A stretch of DNA of 64,000 nt. Origin: Zancudomyces culisetae HAW-14-8. Its lineage: Eukaryota; Fungi; Kickxellomycota. Position 1 is the first letter of the stretch. Each line of letters opens with the position of its first letter. Below are positions 39,173 through 50,787 of the stretch, one piece after another. The translations under genes were made by a program, and so were the position numbers. The stretch is taken from contig JBNJNM010000022.1 in assembly GCA_052426225.1 (NCBI GenBank), positions 186,001 to 250,000 of the forward strand, given 5' to 3'. Under the pieces are notes generated by a model. The model searched no databases and was not told the origin of the DNA. It saw only the letters and a list, made by a program, of their open reading frames with translations.

Positions 39173-42100
39173 ATGGATCAAGAAGAAAATGTACGGGCCA
39201 AGCAGCTCCAAGAAAAAGCGAGGAGATGGACACAAATGAACAGCAAAAAGTACAGTGAAAAGCGGCGGTTTGGATTTGTGGACCAGGAAAAGATGCAGAT
39301 GCCAGCTGAACATCTGCGCAAAATAATAAAAGATCATGGAGACATGAGTTCGCGCAAGTTTCGGCTGGACAAGAGGGTGTATTTGGGAGCACTAAAGTAC
39401 ATTCCGCACGCGGTGATAAAGTTGCTGGAGAATATGCCGATGCCCTGGGAACAGATCCGGGAGGTGCCGGTGCTGTACCACATTACGGGAGCGATTACGT
39501 TTGTTGATCAGATTCCGCAGGTGATTGAGCCGCACTACATTGCACAATGGGGGACGATGTGGATTATGATGCGGCGTGAAAAGCGGGATCGTAAACATTT
39601 CAAGCGGATGCGATTTCCAGCGTTTGATGATGAGGAGGCGCCGTTGGATTATGGCGATAATTTGTTGGATGTGGAGCCGCTGGAGGCGATCCAGATGGAA
39701 TTTGATGAGGAGGAGGACAAGGCAGTAGCCGAGTGGTTCTATGACCACCGAGCGCTGGTGGAGGATTCAGATTATGTAAATGGCGAGAGCTATAAGCGGT
39801 GGCGGCTGGATCTGGCACAGCAAGCAACGTTGCATCGGTTGGCAGGACAGCTGTTGTCGGATATTGTAGATCCCAACTACTACTATTTGTTTGATCTGCG
39901 GTCGTTTGTGACGGCCAAGTGTTTGGGGCTGGCGATTCCGGGGGGACCAAAGTTTGAGCCAATGTACAAGGATATAGTGGATGTAGATGAGGATTGGAAC
40001 GAGTTTAATGATATCAACAAAGTGATAATACGACAGCCGATACGCACAGAGTACAAGATAGCGTTTCCGTTTCTATACAACAGTATGCCACGGGGGATCC
40101 AATTGTCTACATATCATTGGCCAACGGTGATGTATGTGAAGGCGGAAGATCCCGAGTTGCCAGCATATTATTTCGATCCGGTGTTGAATGCGATATCGTC
40201 ACGCACGTTGAATGTGGAGGCGGGGAAGCGGCATGTAGAAACCAAGACAGATCCAAATGATGAGTTTGGGTTACCAGAGGATGCGGGGGCGTTTTTTGCA
40301 GAGGATGAATTATATACAGAGGGGACGGCAAGTGGGATAGAGTTGTACTGGGCGCCACAGCCATTCAATAAACGCACGGGACGCACTAAGCGAGCAGAGG
40401 ATATACCGCTGGTGAAGGAGTGGTATTTGGAGCATTGTCCAGCGGGGATGCCGGTGAAAGTGCGAGTGTCATATCAGAAGCTGTTGAAGTGTTATGTATT
40501 AACATCGTTACACAAGAGGGCGCCGAGAGCAATGAGCAAGCGAAATTTGTTTAGGCAGTTGAAGGCAACCAAGTTTTTCCAGCGGACCGAGATAGATTGG
40601 GTGGAGGCGGGGTTGCAAGTGTGTAGACAAGGGCATAATATGTTGAATTTATTGATACATCGCAAGAATTTGAATTATTTGCATTTGGATTACAATTTCA
40701 ATTTGAAGCCGGTCAAGACACTGACAACAAAGGAGCGTAAGAAGAGTCGGTTTGGTAATGCGTTCCATTTGTGTCGAGAGATCCTTCGATTGACCAAGCT
40801 GGTAGTGGATGCACATGTGCAGTATCGATTGGGGAATGTGGATGCGTATCAACTAGCGGATGGACTGCAATATGCATTTGCGCATGTTGGGCAGTTGACG
40901 GGGATGTATCGATACAAGTATCGGTTGATGCGACAGGTGCGAATGTGTTTTGGGCGGGGAACAAAGGTGTTAATGGAAGATGGAAAAGTGTGTGAGATTG
41001 AAAAAATCCGGGTAGGGGATGTAGTGGTGGACGAGGAAGGTAAAGGAGTGGTTGTGGAGGCATTGAGCCGGGGAAAATCGCCAATGTATGAGATTGAGAG
41101 TGAATATGGCAAATTCAAGGTCAACATGGCACATATTTTGGTGATAGTTATAGATTTGGGCAAGTTAAAGAACAGCTGTAGTAGTAAGGTAGAATTTGAG
41201 TATGAGGAACAACTTGGGTTTGACATTCCAGTGATCAAAAAGAGTTTGAAGAGTGTGATGATGGCTCAAAGAGTGAACAAGAAAATTGAATGGGAAGTGA
41301 CGGCAGCAGATTATTATAGAGCAGTTCAGAAATACAAGTATATATGCGAAATTAGTCGAATGAAACGAGTTTCATACCAAAGTAAAGATACAGTGGATGA
41401 GGAAGGGAATGGTGATTTGGATGGATTGGGTACAATGTTGATGTATGCAAGGAATGTGGATTCGAAACAGATTGAAATAGGGCCAATGAGTAAAAAAGAG
41501 TTTTGTCGGGTGACAGAAGCCATGAAGATATATAATCCAGAGGTTAGTTATAAAGTGGAATTTGTAAATCAGGATGTAAAAATCAAGATGGACAAGGTAG
41601 AGTATTTGGAGGAGGGAGTATTGGGGAAAATTAGGGAGAGAGGAATACACTCGATAAGTATTGCATCGAGACAAAGGATTTGTAAAGTCATGCAAGAGAT
41701 ACAGGTGGAAAAAGTGGAAACTCAGACAAGGACAGGAGAGAAAGCGACGGTGTTTACTGGAGGAGATTATTCTAGTTATTTGCTGGCGAGTGAGATTGTT
41801 AACAGTTTAGTTGGAATAGGAGAAAAAGAAAAGAATGTTAAGGCTAGAGTAGTAGGAGGAGAAAAATGTTTATTGGTTATTACAAGAGAAAGTGTAAAAG
41901 AATACCGATTCAAAATAACAAAGAGTATAAACGAGGAAGAAAAGTATTATGGAATAGCAGTCAAGGGAGAAAAGGCACGGTTTGTGTTGGCAGATGGAAC
42001 AGTAGTACATAACTGTAAGGATTTGAAGCATTTGATATACTATCGATTTAATACGGGGCCAGTGGGGAAGGGACCAGGGTGTGGGTTCTGGGCACCGACG

Positions 42101-45100
42101 TGGAGGGTATGGATGTTCTTTTTGCGAGGGATAGTTCCATTGTTAGAGCGATGGTTGGGAAATCTATTGGCGCGGCAGTTTGAGGGAAGGCATTCAAAGG
42201 GGATAGCCAAGACAGTGACGAAGCAACGAGTGGAGTCGCATTTCGATTTGGAGTTGAGAGCAGCAGTGATGCATGATATTTTGGATATGATGCCAGAAGG
42301 GATTCGGGCAAATAAAAGCAAGACGATCTTGCAGCATTTATCGGAGGCCTGGAGGTGTTGGAAGGCCAATATTCCGTGGAAAGTGCCAGGGATGCCACAG
42401 GCAATAGAAAACATGTTGTTGAGGTATGTCAAGGCGAAGGCAGATTGGTGGACATCGGTGGCATATTACAACCGCGAGCGAATCCGACGAGGAGCGACGG
42501 TAGATAAGGCAGTAGCCAAGAAGAATTTGGGGAGATTGACACGGTTGTATCTGAAATCTGAGCAGGAAAGACAGCATAATTACTTGAAGGACGGACCATA
42601 CGTAACGGCAGAAGAGGCGGTGGCGATATATACGACGACGGTGCATTGGTTGGAGGCACGGCGATTTGCGCCTATTCCATTTCCACCATTGTCATATAAG
42701 CATGACACCAAGCTGTTGATATTGGCGTTGGAAAGGTTGAAGGAGGCGTATTCAGTACAAGGACGATTGAATCAGAGCCAGCGAGAGGAGTTGGGGCTGA
42801 TTGAGCAGGCGTATGATAATCCACACGAGACACTTAACCGAATTAAACGGTTGTTGCTAACGCAGCGGGCATTTAAAGAGGTAGGATTGGAGTTTATGGA
42901 TATGTATAGTCATTTAGTGCCTGTTTATGATATTGAGCCACTTGAAAAGATTACGGATGCGTACTTGGACCAATATCTATGGTACGAAGCGGACAAACGG
43001 AGATTGTTTCCAAACTGGATCAAACCATCGGATACCGAACCAGTACCACTGCTAGTGTACAAATGGGCGCAGGGTATTAACAATTTAGAGAATGTATGGC
43101 ATACAGCTGATGGAAGCCGAGTGGTGTTGTTGCAGACAAAGTTGAGTAAAGTGTATGAAAAGATAGACTTGACACTTTTGAATCGATTGTTGCGGCTGGT
43201 GCTGGACCATAATTTGGCGGATTATATGACGGCCAAGAACAATGTTGGGATTACGTTTAAGGACATGAACCATACAAATGTGTATGGATTGATTCGCGGG
43301 TTGCAATTTGGATCGTTTATATTTCAATATTATGGGTTGGTGATAGATTTGTTACTGCTTGGGCTACAGCGGGCTACGGAGCTTGCAGGACCACCGGCAT
43401 CACCGAATGCGTTTTTGCAATTTGCGGATGTTGAGACTGAGACACGACATCCTGTGCGACTGTACATGCGGTATGTGGATCGGATATATATGGTGTTGCG
43501 GATGAGTGCGGACGAATCGCGCGATTTGGTACAGCGGTACTTGACGGAACATCCGGATCCCAACAACGAGAATGTTGTCGGGTATAACAACAAGAAGTGC
43601 TGGCCCAGGGATTGTAGGATGCGGTTGATGAAGGCAGATGTCAATTTGGGGCGAGCGACGTTTTGGGAAATGCGGAATCGGTTGCCGCGCTCGCTTACTA
43701 CAATAGAGTGGGGCGTGGATACGTTTGTGTGTGTGTATTCGGCGGATAATCCTAATTTGTTGTTTGATATGGGAGGATTTGAGGTGAGGATTTTGCCAAA
43801 GATTCGGGAGGAAAGCTCGGTAGTACGTGATGGTTGTTGGGCGTTGATTAATGCAACTACTAAGGAGCGTACGGCGATGGCGTTTTTGCGGGTTGAGCAA
43901 GAAGCCATTAGTCGGTTCAGCAACCGAGTGCGCCAGATTCTGATGTCTGCTGGAAGTACAACTTTTACCAAAATTGCCAATAAGTGGAATACAGCACTGA
44001 TTGGGTTGATGACGTACTATAGAGAAGCGGTGGTTCATACCCACGAAATGTTGGATTTGTTGGTGAAATGTGAAACCAAAATCCAAACCCGTGTCAAGAT
44101 CGGTTTGAATTCCAAGATGCCATCGCGCTTCCCACCCGTTCTCTTTTATTGTCCCAAGGAGCTAGGTGGGTTGGGAATGTTGAGTATGGGCCATGTGTTG
44201 ATTCCTCAATCTGATTTGCGATGGATTAAACAGACTGATACTGGCATTAGTCATTTTAGAGCTGGTATGTCCCATGATGAGATGATTCCTAATTTGTTCC
44301 GATACATAATGCCATGGGAGGCCGAGTTTGTGGATAGTCAGCGGGTATGGGCAGAGTATGCGCTCAAGCGGTATGAGGCCAACCAGCAAAACCGAAAGTT
44401 GACATTGGAAGATTTGGAGGATAGTTGGGATCGAGGAATTCCTCGGATCAATACGTTGTTTTCCAAGGACCGACATACGCTGGCATACGATAGGGGCTGG
44501 AGAGTGCGTGGCGAGTGGAAGATGTATCAGGTGTTGAAGAACAGTACGTTTTGGTGGACAAACAATCGCCACGATGGACGGCTGTGGCAGCTGAATGCGT
44601 ACCGAACGGATATAATCCAGGCTCTTGGAGGAATTGAGTGTATTCTTGAACACACTTTATTCAAGGGGACGGCGTTTCCTACGTGGGAAGGTCTGTTTTG
44701 GGAACAGTCTAGTGGGTTTGAGGAGTCGATGAAGTACAAGAAGCTAACCAATGCTCAGCGTTCTGGACTTAACCAGATTCCCAACCGACGTTTTACTTTG
44801 TGGTGGTCGCCTACCATTAACCGTGCCAATGTTTATGTAGGTTTCCAGGTGCAATTGGATTTGACTGGTATTTTTATGCATGGTAAACTGCCTACTTTGA
44901 AAATCAGTTTGATTCAGTTGTTTAGGTCTCATCAGTGGCAACGTATTCATGAATCCATAGTAATGGATTTGTGTCAGGTTTTGGATCAGGAACTTGATGC
45001 TTTACAAATTGAAACTGTTCAAAAGGAATCTATTCATCCTAGGAAGTCCTATAAAATGAATTCTTCATGTTTTGATCCTTCAACTCTTGTTCAATCTTTA

Positions 45101-48100
45101 TCTGACACTGTTGTCATTAAACCTATTGAATCTGTACAACCTGGTGATTTATTACTTGGTGATGATGGCTTATTCTCTAGACGTGTATTGGAAACTTGGG
45201 TTGGTTATTCCAATTTAATGTATAAAATCATGTATTCTGGTGGTTATTATATTGTTACTCCAAGACATACCCTTGTATTACAATACAACTCTTTGTTTAC
45301 TATTTCTACCAAGTTTATCCACAACAACAATAACAACAACAACAACAATATTAATAATCATAAATCTCTGGAATTGGTATTTTATGATGTCAAACTCAAC
45401 AGATATTCCATTATAATTCCAATCAACAATAACAACAACAATCACAACAACAACAACAGAAAACCTACTGTCAATGGTAAAGATAATGATAATTACACTG
45501 GTCGAAATTGGGGTAATCATTATATTTATGATTCATTTGCTCCAGCAAATTCAACTTTTTCTGCTTTATCTATGGCATATTCCTTTATTCACAAACTCAT
45601 TTCTTCTTCTTCTTCTACAACAACAAAAACAACAACAACAACAAGTAGTGGTGGTGGTGGTTGTGGTAATATTCAATTATTACAACCAAATTCAATAGTT
45701 GAACTTGCAGTATCTCAATATATTCAATTACCAAAACAAACACAAGACCTTCTAGTAGGTTATAAACTCTCAGCAACTAACGATAAGTTACCAATTTCAA
45801 TTACACCAATTCATAAACCGAACCAAAAATACATTGGAGTACGTACTTGTGGAAACATGAGATTTGTATTGGCAGATGGGTCAGTAGTCCACAACTGTGC
45901 AGATATCTTGTTGTTTGCTGCATATAAATGGTCAGTTAGTACCCCATCACTGTTATCCGACAGTGCAACGCGTGACCGGATGGACATGGCGACAACTCAG
46001 AAATTCTGGTTAGATGTACAGCTCCGGTGGGGCGACTTTGACAGTCACGATATAGAGCGGTATACTCGTGCCAAGTTTTTGGATTATACGACCGACAACA
46101 TGTCGATATATCCATCGCCTACAGGTGTGATGATCGGGTTTGATTTGGCGTACAATTTGTACTCGGCGTATGGAAATTGGTTCCCAGGAATGAAGCCATT
46201 GGTGCACCAAGCACTGGCCAAGATTAACAAGGCCAATCCGGCACTGTATGTATTGAGGGAGCGGATCCGTAAAGCACTGCAACTATACAGTTCCGATCCT
46301 ACTGAGCCGTATCTGAATTCTCAGAATTATGGCGAGTTGTTTAGTAACCAAACTATTTGGTTTATTGACGATACCAATGTGTACCGTGTAACCATGCACA
46401 AGACATTTGAAGGCAATTTGACTACCAAACCAATTAATGGTGCCATTATGATTTTCAACCCTCGCACTGGCCAGCTGTTCCTTAAGGTTATTCATACTTC
46501 TGTTTGGGCTGGCCAGAAGCGACTTGGCCAACTTGCTCGATGGAAGACTGCTGAAGAAGTCGCTGCGTTGATTCGATCGTTGCCGGCTGAAGAACAGCCT
46601 CGCCAGCTGATTGTTACGCGCAAGGGAATGTTGGACCCCTTAGAAGTGCACTGTCTTGATTTCCCCAATATTGTTATTAAGGGATCAGAACTGCAGTTGC
46701 CATTCCAATCCATTCTCAAGGTTGAAAAGTTTGGCGATTTGATTCTTAAGGCTACTGAGCCTCAGATGTGCTTGTTTAATTTGTATGATGATTGGTTGTC
46801 TTATATTTCTTCTTACACGGCCTTTTCTAGGCTGGTGCTTATTTTGAGAGCTTTGCATGTCAATAATGAGCGAACAAAGGTGATTTTAAGACCCACCAAA
46901 TCTATATTGACTTTGCCTCATCATGTATGGCCTTCTTATTCACTTCCAAGCTCTGCTGCTTTTAACAGCCAAGCTAACGAAAATGAATCGGATTTGGACT
47001 GGGTTTCGGTAGAAAACAGTCTAAAGGACTTGATTCTAGCTGACTATAGCAAGAAAAACAATGTCAATGTGGCTTCTCTGACCCAATCCGAAATCCGCGA
47101 CATTATTCTTGGAATGGAAATTATGGCTCCCTCAGCACAGCGTCAACAACTTGCCGAGCTTGAAAAGCAGCAGCAAGAGCAGCAACAGTCTCAGCAACAA
47201 CAGCAGTTACTGGCTACTACGACCAAATCCCACAACATTCATGGCGATGAAATCATCACTACTACGACTTCGGCCTATGAGTCGCAGTCTTTTACTTCCA
47301 AATCCGACTGGAGAACCCGGGCGCTTTCTTCGTCTTCTCTGTTTATCCGTGCAAACAATATTTATATTTCCTCGTCTTCTCTATCTTCTCAGCTTGCTCA
47401 ACACACCTTTGTCTTGCCTCGTGATGTCCTCAAATCGTTCATCTCTATCTCTGATCTCCGGATTCCTATAGCTGGCTATCTCTACGGCTTTGCTACCAAT
47501 TCTGTCTTTGAAATCCATGCCATTGTCATGGTTCCTCAATACGCCCCCTCCGCCGCCGCCATCAACCTTCCTTCCTCCTTACCCGACCACCCTTACCTCT
47601 CCTCTTATTCCCTTCTTGGTATCATTCGCACCTCTTCCTCTGCAACCGAATCTCCCTTTTTGCTTCCCCATGATTGTCTCCTCGCTGCATCTACTCTCTC
47701 CCTCTCCAAATCCAACCCCAACTCTAATTGTTCTCCTGACCGTTTTGTCGTCATCACTGCTGCTTTTACTCCTGGTTCTGTCTCTTTATCTGCGTTTGGT
47801 ACCTCTGAACCTGGTATTGAACAATGGGCACTACCTCTCCTCGAATCCTCCACTTCCACTTCTTCTTCTTCTTCTAAGCTTTTACCTGTGGGTACTGTGG
47901 AACTTTCTCATGACCAATTGGAATCTTATTCCCAACACACTGCGTTATATTCCGTTCCACACACTTTATTGCTAACCACTACATATTCCGGATTTTTCAT
48001 GGTGCCAAGCACTGCCGAAAGCGGGGATGGATGTTGGAACTACAACCTGCAGTCGTCGCTGTGGGTGCCCAGTATTTCGTATTCGTTGACTGTTGATTGT

Positions 48101-48247
48101 CCTCTCGAGTTCTATCATATGAAACACCGTGTCCTTCATTTCCATACCTTTTCGGATCTTGCCATTAGTAATAACAGTACTTTTGGTAGCCGATCGGTTG
48201 ATTATGATGTTGATGGTCTTGAAGATGCCGAAAATGACTTGTTTTAA
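39173..48247 (+). CDS. PRP8: U5 snRNP core protein Prp8 precursor, 3024 aa with two inteins (predicted spliced product 2392 aa)
   Basis: Continuous Prp8 motifs ([78 protein letters not shown]); removing the two inserts restores a normal length. Confidence 0.99.
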   Translation: MDQEENVRAKQLQEKARRWTQMNSKKYSEKRRFGFVDQEKMQMPAEHLRKIIKDHGDMSSRKFRLDKRVYLGALKYIPHAVIKLLENMPMPWEQIREVPVLYHITGAITFVDQIPQVIEPHYIAQWGTMWIMMRREKRDRKHFKRMRFPAFDDEEAPLDYGDNLLDVEPLEAIQMEFDEEEDKAVAEWFYDHRALVEDSDYVNGESYKRWRLDLAQQATLHRLAGQLLSDIVDPNYYYLFDLRSFVTAKCLGLAIPGGPKFEPMYKDIVDVDEDWNEFNDINKVIIRQPIRTEYKIAFPFLYNSMPRGIQLSTYHWPTVMYVKAEDPELPAYYFDPVLNAISSRTLNVEAGKRHVETKTDPNDEFGLPEDAGAFFAEDELYTEGTASGIELYWAPQPFNKRTGRTKRAEDIPLVKEWYLEHCPAGMPVKVRVSYQKLLKCYVLTSLHKRAPRAMSKRNLFRQLKATKFFQRTEIDWVEAGLQVCRQGHNMLNLLIHRKNLNYLHLDYNFNLKPVKTLTTKERKKSRFGNAFHLCREILRLTKLVVDAHVQYRLGNVDAYQLADGLQYAFAHVGQLTGMYRYKYRLMRQVRMCFGRGTKVLMEDGKVCEIEKIRVGDVVVDEEGKGVVVEALSRGKSPMYEIESEYGKFKVNMAHILVIVIDLGKLKNSCSSKVEFEYEEQLGFDIPVIKKSLKSVMMAQRVNKKIEWEVTAADYYRAVQKYKYICEISRMKRVSYQSKDTVDEEGNGDLDGLGTMLMYARNVDSKQIEIGPMSKKEFCRVTEAMKIYNPEVSYKVEFVNQDVKIKMDKVEYLEEGVLGKIRERGIHSISIASRQRICKVMQEIQVEKVETQTRTGEKATVFTGGDYSSYLLASEIVNSLVGIGEKEKNVKARVVGGEKCLLVITRESVKEYRFKITKSINEEEKYYGIAVKGEKARFVLADGTVVHNCKDLKHLIYYRFNTGPVGKGPGCGFWAPTWRVWMFFLRGIVPLLERWLGNLLARQFEGRHSKGIAKTVTKQRVESHFDLELRAAVMHDILDMMPEGIRANKSKTILQHLSEAWRCWKANIPWKVPGMPQAIENMLLRYVKAKADWWTSVAYYNRERIRRGATVDKAVAKKNLGRLTRLYLKSEQERQHNYLKDGPYVTAEEAVAIYTTTVHWLEARRFAPIPFPPLSYKHDTKLLILALERLKEAYSVQGRLNQSQREELGLIEQAYDNPHETLNRIKRLLLTQRAFKEVGLEFMDMYSHLVPVYDIEPLEKITDAYLDQYLWYEADKRRLFPNWIKPSDTEPVPLLVYKWAQGINNLENVWHTADGSRVVLLQTKLSKVYEKIDLTLLNRLLRLVLDHNLADYMTAKNNVGITFKDMNHTNVYGLIRGLQFGSFIFQYYGLVIDLLLLGLQRATELAGPPASPNAFLQFADVETETRHPVRLYMRYVDRIYMVLRMSADESRDLVQRYLTEHPDPNNENVVGYNNKKCWPRDCRMRLMKADVNLGRATFWEMRNRLPRSLTTIEWGVDTFVCVYSADNPNLLFDMGGFEVRILPKIREESSVVRDGCWALINATTKERTAMAFLRVEQEAISRFSNRVRQILMSAGSTTFTKIANKWNTALIGLMTYYREAVVHTHEMLDLLVKCETKIQTRVKIGLNSKMPSRFPPVLFYCPKELGGLGMLSMGHVLIPQSDLRWIKQTDTGISHFRAGMSHDEMIPNLFRYIMPWEAEFVDSQRVWAEYALKRYEANQQNRKLTLEDLEDSWDRGIPRINTLFSKDRHTLAYDRGWRVRGEWKMYQVLKNSTFWWTNNRHDGRLWQLNAYRTDIIQALGGIECILEHTLFKGTAFPTWEGLFWEQSSGFEESMKYKKLTNAQRSGLNQIPNRRFTLWWSPTINRANVYVGFQVQLDLTGIFMHGKLPTLKISLIQLFRSHQWQRIHESIVMDLCQVLDQELDALQIETVQKESIHPRKSYKMNSSCFDPSTLVQSLSDTVVIKPIESVQPGDLLLGDDGLFSRRVLETWVGYSNLMYKIMYSGGYYIVTPRHTLVLQYNSLFTISTKFIHNNNNNNNNNINNHKSLELVFYDVKLNRYSIIIPINNNNNNHNNNNRKPTVNGKDNDNYTGRNWGNHYIYDSFAPANSTFSALSMAYSFIHKLISSSSSTTTKTTTTTSSGGGGCGNIQLLQPNSIVELAVSQYIQLPKQTQDLLVGYKLSATNDKLPISITPIHKPNQKYIGVRTCGNMRFVLADGSVVHNCADILLFAAYKWSVSTPSLLSDSATRDRMDMATTQKFWLDVQLRWGDFDSHDIERYTRAKFLDYTTDNMSIYPSPTGVMIGFDLAYNLYSAYGNWFPGMKPLVHQALAKINKANPALYVLRERIRKALQLYSSDPTEPYLNSQNYGELFSNQTIWFIDDTNVYRVTMHKTFEGNLTTKPINGAIMIFNPRTGQLFLKVIHTSVWAGQKRLGQLARWKTAEEVAALIRSLPAEEQPRQLIVTRKGMLDPLEVHCLDFPNIVIKGSELQLPFQSILKVEKFGDLILKATEPQMCLFNLYDDWLSYISSYTAFSRLVLILRALHVNNERTKVILRPTKSILTLPHHVWPSYSLPSSAAFNSQANENESDLDWVSVENSLKDLILADYSKKNNVNVASLTQSEIRDIILGMEIMAPSAQRQQLAELEKQQQEQQQSQQQQQLLATTTKSHNIHGDEIITTTTSAYESQSFTSKSDWRTRALSSSSLFIRANNIYISSSSLSSQLAQHTFVLPRDVLKSFISISDLRIPIAGYLYGFATNSVFEIHAIVMVPQYAPSAAAINLPSSLPDHPYLSSYSLLGIIRTSSSATESPFLLPHDCLLAASTLSLSKSNPNSNCSPDRFVVITAAFTPGSVSLSAFGTSEPGIEQWALPLLESSTSTSSSSSKLLPVGTVELSHDQLESYSQHTALYSVPHTLLLTTTYSGFFMVPSTAESGDGCWNYNLQSSLWVPSISYSLTVDCPLEFYHMKHRVLHFHTFSDLAISNNSTFGSRSVDYDVDGLEDAENDLF
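40946..42013 (+). mobile_element. Prp8 intein 1 (356 aa, class 1) at MRQVRM/CKDLKH, with degenerate endonuclease region
   Basis: Block [14 protein letters not shown]; block [10 protein letters not shown]; blocks [25 protein letters not shown] followed by extein Cys. Flanks rejoin to conserved [19 protein letters not shown]. Confidence 0.97.
45068..45895 (+). mobile_element. Prp8 intein 2 (276 aa, class 1 mini-intein) at YKMNSS/CADILL
   Basis: Block [27 protein letters not shown]; block [11 protein letters not shown]; blocks [24 protein letters not shown] followed by extein Cys. Flanks rejoin to conserved [18 protein letters not shown]. Confidence 0.97.
45321..45662 (+). repeat. Trinucleotide microsatellites (AAC, TCT, ACA, GGT) inside intein 2
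   Basis: Encode poly-N (twice), poly-S, poly-T and poly-G runs. Confidence 0.9.
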
Positions 48248-48640
48248 TTGGATCCTCTCTTTTTTTTCCCCTTTCCCCCTCCCCCCCCCCCTTTTTTTTT
48301 TTTTTTTTGATAAACCAAACAAAAATGGTTATAACAACAATCAAAAAAAAATTAAAATTAAAATTAAAAAAAAAATGAAACAGCTTTTGTTTTTGTTTTT
48401 TTTTTAATTAATTATTATTATTATTTTTTTAATCAGCTTTTTATATATACACACAAATTTCCTAATTATCAGTAATAAATATAATAATAACAACAACATG
48501 TTGAATAAAGATAAACTCTTGACATTTAGCATTTATTCAAATATATATATTTGATATACAACATTACCAAAAAAAAAAAAAAAAAAAAAAGTTGGAATAA
48601 ATAAAAAAAAAGAGCAAGGTAAAATATAAAAAAAATAAAA

Positions 48641-50041
48641 ATGGATATGAATACAAATGCAAAACAGCACCAAACACCCATAATCGTAGTGGGTGCCGGA
48701 ATAGTCGGAATAACCACCGCATATGTCCTACAGGCTTCGGGAAAATATGCCGTTACAGTAGTTGCCGAATACTTGCCACTTCCCACACTTTCGGATGCGT
48801 ATACAACCTCTGCTGCTCCCGCTTGGGCTAGTCCGTTTGCTGGTGGAAATTGGCATGGTTATGCAAAGCTTGACCAAACTGATTTACAACGTAAGTGCAT
48901 TTTCATTCTTATTATTTTCATTACTATTACTATTATTATTAATTGTATTTATAAAACATACAATTTAATCTTGCGTCTATTTTAATATGTACTTTTTTTT
49001 CTTTTTCTTTTATTTATTTATTTCTTTTTTCCTCACCCTCACCCTAACCCTAACCCTCACCCTAACCCTAATCCTCACCTACCCTACATAATAGAAAAAG
49101 AACTTTTTACCCTCCACATGCTACAAAAGCTTTGCGATTTATACCCAGATTCCTCCATCAAACGCGTAAAAGGTTATGAATACCGTAAGGCTGCTGACTA
49201 TATTGAACCATACTTTATCCGCCACATCTCGGGTGTCCGCTACATCCCCACATCCGAACTTCCACCCCAGGGTATCGATGTCGGCGTCGAATTCGATACC
49301 GTCGTTTTCAATGCTCCTGAATATCTCGCTTGGCTTGCCCGCAAATTTGTCGCCATTGGTGGAGTCCTTAGACAGTCTACCAGGTTGTCATCTCTCTCCG
49401 ATGCATTGAAATATGCCCCAACACCATCATCACCATCATCCAATGAAAATAATAATGGTGCTGGTGTTGTCGTGGTAAATTGTACGGGATTGGGTAGTCG
49501 GTATCTGGTCGATGTTGCCGATGCTGCAGTCACTCCCGCACGTGGCCATGTAGTACTTGTCAGGAGCCCCGAATGCCAGGACGTAACAGTCTCTGATGAA
49601 TCCGAGTGGTTCTATGTTATCCCCCGTGGAAACGGCACCGTTATTCTAGGCGGTACCTATGATATCGGAAACTGGTCACAAACCACAAATCCCGATACCA
49701 CCACCCGAATCCTCCAAAACACCATCCGTCTCTGCCCGCAACTCATCGGCGAACCTGCTACCTCCCACACCACTGCCCAGAATATCGACGATCGTGTCGC
49801 AAAGTTGCGTGAGCGCATTGTTTCTGAACACGTTGGGTTCCGCCCCATGCGTGTTGGTGGTGTAAGACTGGAATTGTCCCAGCTTGATGTGGGAAATGTC
49901 CCCGTTGTTCATAATTATGGTCATGGTGGATACGGTTACCAATCTAGTTGGGGATACGCCTATGGTGCCATGAAATTGGTTGACCAAGCCGTAAACTCTT
50001 CTTGTTCTGTTGGTCCTAAACATACCCAATCCAAATTATAA
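48641..50041 (+). CDS. D-amino-acid oxidase family FAD oxidoreductase, peroxisomal; exons 48641-48890 and 49095-50041
   Basis: IIVVGAGIVG FAD motif, WASPFAGGNW, VVVNCTGLGS, GFRPMR, VVHNYGHGGYGYQSSWG, C-terminal SKL (PTS1). Intron gtaagt(48891)...atag(49094) splices in frame (DLQQKELFTLHML). Confidence 0.95.
49031..49086 (+). repeat. Interstitial telomere-like (CCCTAA/CCCTCA)n array in DAO intron
   Basis: cctcaccctcaccctaaccctaaccctcaccctaaccctaatcctcacctacccta, about nine hexamers. Confidence 0.85.
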
Positions 50042-50256
50042 ACCTAATCGCTTTTTTCACTTTCACTTTCATCTTCATTTTCATTATATTCTATTATTCA
50101 CATTTTTATTCTAATCTATTTACACTAAACTAACTCTTTTTTTTTTGTTCCAACACTATATAACCGTATTATTAACTTACACACACACACACACCACACT
50201 TTTCTTTTTACCTTCTTCAACTTTAAAAAAAAAAAAATGAAATTTGACACTATTCA

Positions 50257-50787
50257 TCATTTATCACGTCCTATTCCAACCAATCCAAAATCTTTTAATT
50301 TCGCCACTTCTGCTTCACTAGCACCCTCCAACCGCGCCAATTCAACCACTTTTGCCCGCATCCCAGCATTGACCTCTGCATGTTGTCGCTCCAACTCCTC
50401 ATACTCGGTTTTCATATACTCAATCGCATCTTTAGTTGGTAACGCCAAAAACAACGAGCCAACATTTACCGTCAGTTTTTTGTATTGGCTACCCCCATCA
50501 TCCCCATTGCTTTGCAACTTGCGGACCGCAGCTTGTGCCTCGCGTAGTTTGTTGAGTTGGATACTGTAGTCCAGTGACGTTTGTTTGTCAAACAGGATTT
50601 CTTCAGCCAGTTGTTCAATCTTGCTTTGATCTATTTCGCAATTTATTCATTTTCGTTTTCATTTTCGTTTTCACTTTGATTTACTTTTACTTTTTTTTCT
50701 TTCCTACTCTTACTCTTACTCTTAAATTTGTTTTTATTTTTCCAATCTCGTTTCTCTCTATTGTTTCTTACCTTTTACTAAATCCAT
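50257..50787 (-). CDS. PDRG1-like prefoldin-family protein, 129 aa; exons 50787-50772 and 50630-50257
   Basis: ATG GAT TTA GTA AAA G|gtaaga...aatag|AT CAA gives MDLVKDQSKIEQLAEEILFDKQ..NKLREA..VNVGSLFLALP..LARLEG..LKDFGL, resembling the recalled PDRG1 pattern (EELAEEVLADK..CFGNMFIKMP..LKGFNL). Confidence 0.75.

Noticed and set aside
40946-45895. The PRP8 inserts as retained spliceosomal or self-splicing introns
   Set aside because: Both are stop-free, begin with a Cys codon, end His-Asn before Cys, carry intein blocks A/B/F/G, and lack GT-AG ends at the junctions.
39392-48322. Many antisense or overlapping ORFs within PRP8 (up to 228 aa)
   Set aside because: Explained by codon and strand bias of the Prp8 frame; no recognisable motifs.
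49031-49086. True telomere or chromosome end
   Set aside because: Short degenerate array inside an intron, with coding exons on both sides.
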